A stretch of 48,040 bases of DNA from Candidatus Micrarchaeaceae archaeon. GTDB taxonomy: Archaea > Micrarchaeota > Micrarchaeia > Micrarchaeales > CABMGC01. The number at the start of each line of letters is the position of its first letter. Position 1 is the first letter of the stretch. Of this stretch, positions 43,403 to 48,040 are shown in pieces. Under the pieces are notes generated by a model, which was not told the DNA's origin, did no database searches, and was given only the letters and a program-made list of their open reading frames with translations. A program made the translations under genes and the position numbers. The stretch covers positions 1 through 48,040 of the forward strand of contig JAVZPT010000001.1 in assembly GCA_038881455.1 (NCBI GenBank), written 5' to 3'.

Positions 43403-43494
43403 TAATGTTAAATCAATGCACGCATGTGCTTGCCAAACGCAGGGCTTTGCATCGAAAACAGCAGCATACACCAATCTTTATATACTATACATAT

Positions 43495-43566
43495 AGCAAT
43501 ATTTCCTATTGCTGCGGTTGGCTTTCATCGCGGCCAAACGTTGTTTGCCCTGCGCAAGCTTGCAAA
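43495..43566 (+). ncRNA. Candidate structured small RNA (GC-rich three-hairpin island in an AT-rich spacer). Strand and identity are unknown.
   Basis: Hairpin 1 is AGCAATA-TTTCC-TATTGCT (43495-43513). Hairpin 2 is CGGTTGGC...GCCAAACG with one G-A mismatch (43515-43540). Hairpin 3 is TTTGC...GCAAA, containing the palindrome GCAAGCTTGC (43544-43566). It is followed by ACA-containing repeats (TACATAA x2). I recognise no covariance or box motifs. Confidence 0.2.
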
Positions 43567-43656
43567 TTCATACATAATACATAATTAATAGGTGCTGTTC
43601 AGTATTTCAACCAAAAATAAGCCAACAGTAGCCAGGAGTTATTGGCATGAACTAAG

Positions 43657-43667
43657 ATATATAAATA
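43657..43667 (+). promoter_or_regulatory. TATA-like box (ATATATAAATA) of the L3 ribosomal-protein operon, implying a roughly 55-nt leader
   Basis: It lies about 85 nt upstream of ATG 43747. The putative leader contains an imperfect hairpin, TAGCAGCAA-N8-TTGCTTGCTA, at 43693-43719. Confidence 0.3.
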
Positions 43668-43746
43668 TGCGGCGAACAATAATATTAAGCATTAGCAGCA
43701 ATCCTCATTTTGCTTGCTAGGTTTGCTTATTAAATAGGCGCAATCA

Positions 43747-44712
43747 ATGCGAAGGGGTTCTCTTGAGTTTTGGCCACATAGGCGTGCAAAAAGGCCGATG
43801 CCACGGATAAGGCACTGGCCTGCTTTGTCAGAGCCAGCGCTGCTCGGCTTCGTAGGCTTCAAGGCAGGCATGACGCACGTTATGCAGATAGACGATACAA
43901 ACAGCGCGTCAAAAGGCACAGAAGTGGCTGAGCCTGTTACAATTATAGAAACCCCAAAGGTTTATGTTTATGGCGTTCGCTTCTATGCCAAGGATCCGGT
44001 AACACGCTACACACGCGTAGCCGAAGAGGTATACGACAAGGCCCTAGCGCAAAACATAGGCATTAAGAAAACAAACACAGAAAGCATAGAAAGTGCAAAG
44101 TCAAAGATTGAAAGCTTCAGCAACTTAAGCTTACTGGCTTATGTAAGCCCAATGGGCATTGGCTTTGGCACTAAGAAGCTAATGCGTTTCGAAATAGGGC
44201 TTGGCGGCACTAAGCAAGAAAAGCTTGCGCTTGCAGAGAAGACCATTGGCAAAGAGATCAAGGCAGCGGATGTTTTCAAGCCTGGCGAGTACGTAGATAT
44301 TATTGGCATAAGCAAAGGAAAGGGCTGGGAAGGGCCCGTAGCTAGGTTTGGAGTTGCAAAGCAAAGGCGCAAGACCACTGGCAAGGTAAGGCACGTAGGC
44401 ACGCTTGGCCCGTTCCATCCGCCAAAGGTTCTCTATTCTGTGCCCATGGCAGGCCACAAAGGCCACAACTACAGGACAGAGCTAAACAAGCGCATAATGA
44501 AGATAGGCGCCCAAAGCAGCACTGCAGAGATAGAAGTAAAAGGCGGTTTCCCGCACTACGGAACCGTTAAGAACGATTACATAATAGTGCACGGCTCTGT
44601 GCCTGGTGCTCCGGGCATTCTGTTAAGGCTAAGAAAATCTTTAAGGCCTACAAAGAAAGGGCCAGAGCCGAAGATAAGGAGCATATCACTTAGCTCCAAG
44701 ATAGGCGCTTAA
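43747..44712 (+). CDS. rpl3: 50S ribosomal protein L3
   Basis: 'RRGSLEFWPHRRAKRPMPRIRHWP' and 'GKGWEGPVARFG' are archaeal L3 hallmarks. Confidence 0.95.
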   Translation: MRRGSLEFWPHRRAKRPMPRIRHWPALSEPALLGFVGFKAGMTHVMQIDDTNSASKGTEVAEPVTIIETPKVYVYGVRFYAKDPVTRYTRVAEEVYDKALAQNIGIKKTNTESIESAKSKIESFSNLSLLAYVSPMGIGFGTKKLMRFEIGLGGTKQEKLALAEKTIGKEIKAADVFKPGEYVDIIGISKGKGWEGPVARFGVAKQRRKTTGKVRHVGTLGPFHPPKVLYSVPMAGHKGHNYRTELNKRIMKIGAQSSTAEIEVKGGFPHYGTVKNDYIIVHGSVPGAPGILLRLRKSLRPTKKGPEPKIRSISLSSKIGA

Positions 44713-44713
44713 T

Positions 44714-45493
44714 ATGGAGGCAAACGTTTACAAAATAGACGGCACTGTTGCAGGCAAGGTAACACTGCCCGATATTTTTGGCACGCAGTACAAAAAGGAC
44801 TTGGTGCTTAGGGCTCTTCTCGCAGAACAGAGCAGAGATTACCAACCGCAAGGAAGGGATCCCCTTGCAGGCATGCGCACATCTGCGACATATGTAGGCA
44901 GGTACAATACCTACAGAACGCTAAGGCACATGGGCGTTGCAATAAGGCCGAGGCAGAAACTTGCAAAGGGCGCGATGGGCGAAGTGCGGAGAATACCTTC
45001 GGCAAGGAAAGGCAGGAGGGCGCATCCGTCAAAGGTCAACAAAACAATAGAGGAACGCATAAACAGGAAAGAATACAACAAAGCATTGAAAATGGCACTC
45101 GCAGCAACGGCAAGCAAGGAAGAAATAGAGAATAGGCACGTCTTTAAGGGCGCGTTGCCTGTTGTAGTGGAATCTGGAATTGAACATGTTACAAAAACTA
45201 AGGAGCTTTACTCAATACTAGAAAGGCTTATAGGTAATGACCTTGAAAGGTCGCACAATCCTAGGCTCAGGAAGGGGCTTAGAAGGCTCTCAAGGCGCAG
45301 GATATTCAGGAAGAGCGCAGTAATTATAGCAAAAGACGCTAGTTCGCTCGGTCGTGCAGGTCGCAACATACCTGGAATAGACGTAGTGCAGATAGACAAG
45401 CTAACGATAGGAAAGCTTGCACCTGGAGGTAACCCAAGGCTCGCAATATGGACAGAGCCTGCTATAAAGGGCATTTCTGCGGTTTTTGAATAA
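44714..45493 (+). CDS. rpl4: 50S ribosomal protein L4 (L4/L1e)
   Basis: It occupies the position after L3. Motifs include 'ALLAEQSRDYQPQGRDPLAG' and 'GVAIRPRQKLAKGAMGEVRRIPSARKGRRAHP'. Confidence 0.9.
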   Translation: MEANVYKIDGTVAGKVTLPDIFGTQYKKDLVLRALLAEQSRDYQPQGRDPLAGMRTSATYVGRYNTYRTLRHMGVAIRPRQKLAKGAMGEVRRIPSARKGRRAHPSKVNKTIEERINRKEYNKALKMALAATASKEEIENRHVFKGALPVVVESGIEHVTKTKELYSILERLIGNDLERSHNPRLRKGLRRLSRRRIFRKSAVIIAKDASSLGRAGRNIPGIDVVQIDKLTIGKLAPGGNPRLAIWTEPAIKGISAVFE

Positions 45494-45512
45494 GCAAAAA
45501 GGCAAATAGGTA

Positions 45513-45776
45513 ATGGGTAATAGAATGAGCATACTTATGTATCCGCTGGCTACGGAAAAGGCAATAAACATGATTGACAAAAACAACACAATAACATACG
45601 TAGTCGCGCTGCATGCAACAAAGAATCAGGTTAAGAAAGAATTTGAAGAGCGGTTTGCGGTAAAGGTGAAAAAGGTAAATATTGGCATAAGTGCAAAAAA
45701 TTCAAAGAAGGCGTACATAACACTTGACAAAACGCAAAAGGCAAGCGACCTTGCACTTAGGCTAAAGCTTTTGTAG
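45513..45776 (+). CDS. rpl23: 50S ribosomal protein L23
   Basis: 'PLATEKAINMIDKNNTITYVV...ATKNQVKKEFEERFAVKVKKVN' is present, and the gene order fits. Confidence 0.9.
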   Translation: MGNRMSILMYPLATEKAINMIDKNNTITYVVALHATKNQVKKEFEERFAVKVKKVNIGISAKNSKKAYITLDKTQKASDLALRLKLL

Positions 45777-45783
45777 TGGTACA

Positions 45784-46503
45784 ATGGGCAAGCGATTGAG
45801 GCAACAGAGGCGCGGAAAAGGCAGCAATGCCTATACAAAGCCGCCAAAGAGCGGCAGGTTTGATGCCTTGCTGCCAAACAAGGAGCCAGCAGGCGTTCTT
45901 GAAGGCGAAGTAATGGAATTTATAGACAATCCGCTGCACAACGCTGCGCTGATGCGCGTTAAATACTTTGACAATTCGGAATCTGTGCTTATAGCGCCAG
46001 AAGGCATATACATAGGAAGCAAGGTGCAGGAAGGTCCAGGAGCAGGAATAAACATAGGCAACGTGCTGCGGCTTTCTGAGATACCCGACGGCGTTTTCGT
46101 ATGCAACGCAGAGCTTACTCCTGGAGACGGCGGCAAGCTGGCAAGGGCAGCAGGCGCTTATGCAACTGTAGTTTCACACGGAGACGGCACAGTAACGCTT
46201 TTACTGCCGTCAAAGCAAACCATAGAACTTAGTGGCAGGTGCAGGGCAGAGATAGGCGTCGCCTCAGGCGGCGGCACGGTAACTGAGCCTTTGATGAAAG
46301 CCGGAAAGAGCCACTATATAATGCACGCAATAAACACAAAATGGCCTGTTAACCGCGGGGTTAAGATGAATCCTGTAGACCATCCGTTTGGAGGCAAGCA
46401 GCACCACAAGGGCTATTCAAGCATGACCTCAAGGAACGCGCCGCCTGGCGCTAAAGTAGGCAGCATAGCCGCAAGCAGAATAGGCAGAAAGAAGCGTGGT
46501 TGA
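45784..46503 (+). CDS. rpl2: 50S ribosomal protein L2
   Basis: 'GNVLRLSEIPDGVFVCNAELTPGDGGKLARAAG' and 'MNPVDHPFGGKQHHKG' are present. Confidence 0.95.
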   Translation: MGKRLRQQRRGKGSNAYTKPPKSGRFDALLPNKEPAGVLEGEVMEFIDNPLHNAALMRVKYFDNSESVLIAPEGIYIGSKVQEGPGAGINIGNVLRLSEIPDGVFVCNAELTPGDGGKLARAAGAYATVVSHGDGTVTLLLPSKQTIELSGRCRAEIGVASGGGTVTEPLMKAGKSHYIMHAINTKWPVNRGVKMNPVDHPFGGKQHHKGYSSMTSRNAPPGAKVGSIAASRIGRKKRG

Positions 46504-46504
46504 T

Positions 46505-46897
46505 ATGGTAAGGGATTTTCTCTACAGGGGCAAGACCGTTGAAGAATTGAGCGCAATGAGCATAGGCGATTTTGCAAAGCTCATAGGCTCGAGAGAGCGC
46601 AGAAGCATAAAGCGCATGAGCTTCGAGTATAAGAAACTAATTGAAAAGGCAGAGAAGGCAAAGAAGAGCGGCAAGCCCAAGGCAATAAGGACAACTTTGC
46701 GCGAAGCCGTGATATTGCCGCAGTGGCTTGGATTGCGCTTTGGAGTGCATGATGGAAAAGAGTTCAAGGAAATAAGCATAACGCCTGAAATGCTTGGACA
46801 CAGACTAGGCGAATACGCCTTTACGGTAAAGCGCGTGCAGCACTCTGCGCCTGGCATTAGAGCTACGCGCGGAAGCAAGTTCTTGGCGGTTAAATGA
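46505..46897 (+). CDS. rps19: 30S ribosomal protein S19
   Basis: 'FGVHDGKEFKEISITPEMLGHRLGEYAFT' is present. ATG 46505 lies just after the L2 stop, whereas the track start at 46496 is GTG. Confidence 0.9.
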   Translation: MVRDFLYRGKTVEELSAMSIGDFAKLIGSRERRSIKRMSFEYKKLIEKAEKAKKSGKPKAIRTTLREAVILPQWLGLRFGVHDGKEFKEISITPEMLGHRLGEYAFTVKRVQHSAPGIRATRGSKFLAVK

Positions 46898-47583
46898 CAC
46901 ACAGATACACTTTCAAGACCAGCGACAATATGGCATACGCCCAGGCATACGACGTGAATGCAAGTTACAAGGACCTTTGCGCTGTATGCGACGCGATACG
47001 TTATTCAAGAACAGGCGATGCCTTTGCGCTGCTTGACGCGATAATAGCGAAGGCAATGCCAATAAGGTTCAAAAGATTCAACAAGCACATGGGAGCGAGG
47101 CACGAGCTTGGCGGTGCAAAAGGCGCGTATCCGATAAAAGCAGCAAAAGAAGTGAAGAATGTGCTTGCAAACGCAGTTGCAAACGCCCAGCTCAAGGCAA
47201 TAGACTCAGAAAGTGCAATAGTAGCATACGCTACTGCAAACAAAACACACATAGAGAGGCGCTCTCCAAGCAAGGGCAGCCTTTCGTGGGGCAGGGGCAT
47301 GTACGGCTTTTCTGCCAGGGTGCACAGCGATATAGAGTATGCCAAGATAGAAATAGCCATAGCGGCGCCTGAAGTAGTGGGAAAGAAGCCAAGAAGCATA
47401 CGCGTGTTTAGAGTGGCTAAGCCCGAGCAGCAAGGCAAGGCAAAGCTATCGAAAGACCAGAAGGCGCAAAAAGAGAATAAGCAAAAGCCAAAGGAAGGCG
47501 CTGAGGCAAAGCAGGCACAAAAGGCAGGTGCACAGGACAACGCAGAGCGGCCTGCGCACAGCGAAGAAAAAGATGCTAAGTGA
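46894..47583 (+). CDS. rpl22: 50S ribosomal protein L22 with a long Lys/Gln/Ala/Glu-rich C-terminal tail
   Basis: 'AQAYDVNASYKDLCAVCDAIR', 'FKRFNKHMGARHELGGAKGAYPIKAAKEV' and gene order identify L22. The roughly 70 aa after the globular domain are low-complexity. Confidence 0.85.
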   Translation: MTHRYTFKTSDNMAYAQAYDVNASYKDLCAVCDAIRYSRTGDAFALLDAIIAKAMPIRFKRFNKHMGARHELGGAKGAYPIKAAKEVKNVLANAVANAQLKAIDSESAIVAYATANKTHIERRSPSKGSLSWGRGMYGFSARVHSDIEYAKIEIAIAAPEVVGKKPRSIRVFRVAKPEQQGKAKLSKDQKAQKENKQKPKEGAEAKQAQKAGAQDNAERPAHSEEKDAK

Positions 47584-48040
47584 TTTTTTGGCGATAGAAA
47601 GAAAATTTATAGAGGATGCGCTTGTCAAGGCGCGCACAAGCAAATACCTTGAGGAAGTTCTGAGCAAGGCAGGCTTCTCAGATATAGAGATACAGAAGAC
47701 CCCAATGCTTACGCGAATAACTGTTTGGGTTACTAACCCTGGCAGGGTCATCGGCAGAAGTGGCGAAACAATCAACGCACTTACAAAGACCATAAGTGAG
47801 AAGTTCAACATTGAAAACCCACAGATAAGCGTGGCAGAAGTAAGCAACCCGATGCTAGAGCCGAGGCTTGTTGCGCGCTACATAGCAAATGCCCTTGAGC
47901 GAGGCGCAAACGCAAGGAGGCTGTTGCATTCGGTGCTGAACGATATAATGTCTAACGGCGCGATGGGCGCGGAGATAATCGCAACTGGCAAGCTTGCGGC
48001 CAAAGGCGCAAAGGCAAAGCAAATAAAGGTAAGGCAAGGC
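47573..48040 (+). CDS. rps3: 30S ribosomal protein S3 (3'-truncated by the window edge; not in the supplied track)
   Basis: Own translation from ATG 47573 gives MLSDFLAIERKFIEDALVKARTSKYLEEVL...ITVWVTNPGRVIGRSGETINALT (KH domain)...GAEIIATGKL. The frame stays open to the end of the window. It overlaps the L22 stop by 11 nt. Confidence 0.9.
   Translation, partial: MLSDFLAIERKFIEDALVKARTSKYLEEVLSKAGFSDIEIQKTPMLTRITVWVTNPGRVIGRSGETINALTKTISEKFNIENPQISVAEVSNPMLEPRLVARYIANALERGANARRLLHSVLNDIMSNGAMGAEIIATGKLAAKGAKAKQIKVRQG

Noticed and set aside
43330-43584. An 84-aa ORF in the long AT-rich spacer
   Set aside because: It has a TTG start. The translation is driven by the pyrimidine tract and the tandem repeat (FLLFFSLLFYSS...). 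It has no promoter context and is most likely non-coding.
43313-43746. The AT-rich spacer as a possible replication origin
   Set aside because: No orc1/cdc6 gene is adjacent. I found no multiple long ORB-like repeats flanking an unwinding element, only one 15-nt tandem duplication and short 7-mers. The origin idea is not supported by what is visible.
1-48040. CRISPR arrays, rRNA genes, or an intact transposase, integrase or prophage
   Set aside because: I found no series of regularly spaced direct repeats. The only tandem repeats are 2-copy units of 12 nt and 15 nt, plus codon-level microsatellites. There are no rRNA-like stretches. The only mobile-element trace is the degraded TnpB relic.

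Overview
The window reads as a tightly packed archaeal chromosome segment dominated by housekeeping genes.

**Core content**
- Aminoacyl-tRNA synthetases: TrpRS, LeuRS, ArgRS.
- Kae1 and Bud32, FtsZ, SecY, Sec61beta, Spt5, Trm5.
- Both PolD subunits and a class II ribonucleotide reductase.
- Ribosomal proteins: L41e, L11, L14e, L34e, and the run L3-L4-L23-L2-S19-L22-S3, which continues off the right edge.
- PolD, Kae1/Bud32, the e-type ribosomal proteins and TATA-like boxes about 25 nt upstream of start codons (mostly leaderless genes) all argue for an archaeon.
- The 'QSAMEYLxTYGW' class III signal peptides, a tRNA intron inside the T-loop, and broken ribosomal gene orders suggest a small-genome DPANN / Micrarchaeota-like (ARMAN-type) lineage. 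That assignment is inference only.
- I found no rRNA gene, no CRISPR array and no intact mobile element.

**Features found by hand that are not in the ORF track**
- Two tRNA-Arg genes. One carries a roughly 20-nt intron in the T-loop.
- Two small conserved ORFs: L41e and Sec61beta.
- The 3'-truncated S3 gene at the right edge.

**Accessory or unusual content**
- An internally deleted TnpB relic next to tRNA-Arg(UCG).
- A PadR / ABC-2 exporter / CARDB-like surface glycoprotein operon, with a thrice-repeated ATCGAATAA motif in its promoter region.
- A tight DUF929(CxxC) / 4-TM Cys-membrane protein / V4R cluster directly upstream of secY. This is my best candidate for an undescribed module, possibly extracytoplasmic thiol redox.
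- Two paralogous pilin-like proteins flanking nrdJ.
- Several enzyme folds with apparently lost catalytic residues: Nudix, DsbA-like and transglutaminase-like.
- A 434-nt AT-rich intergenic region containing a GC-rich hairpin island.

All family assignments come from reading motifs in the translations. No searches were run.
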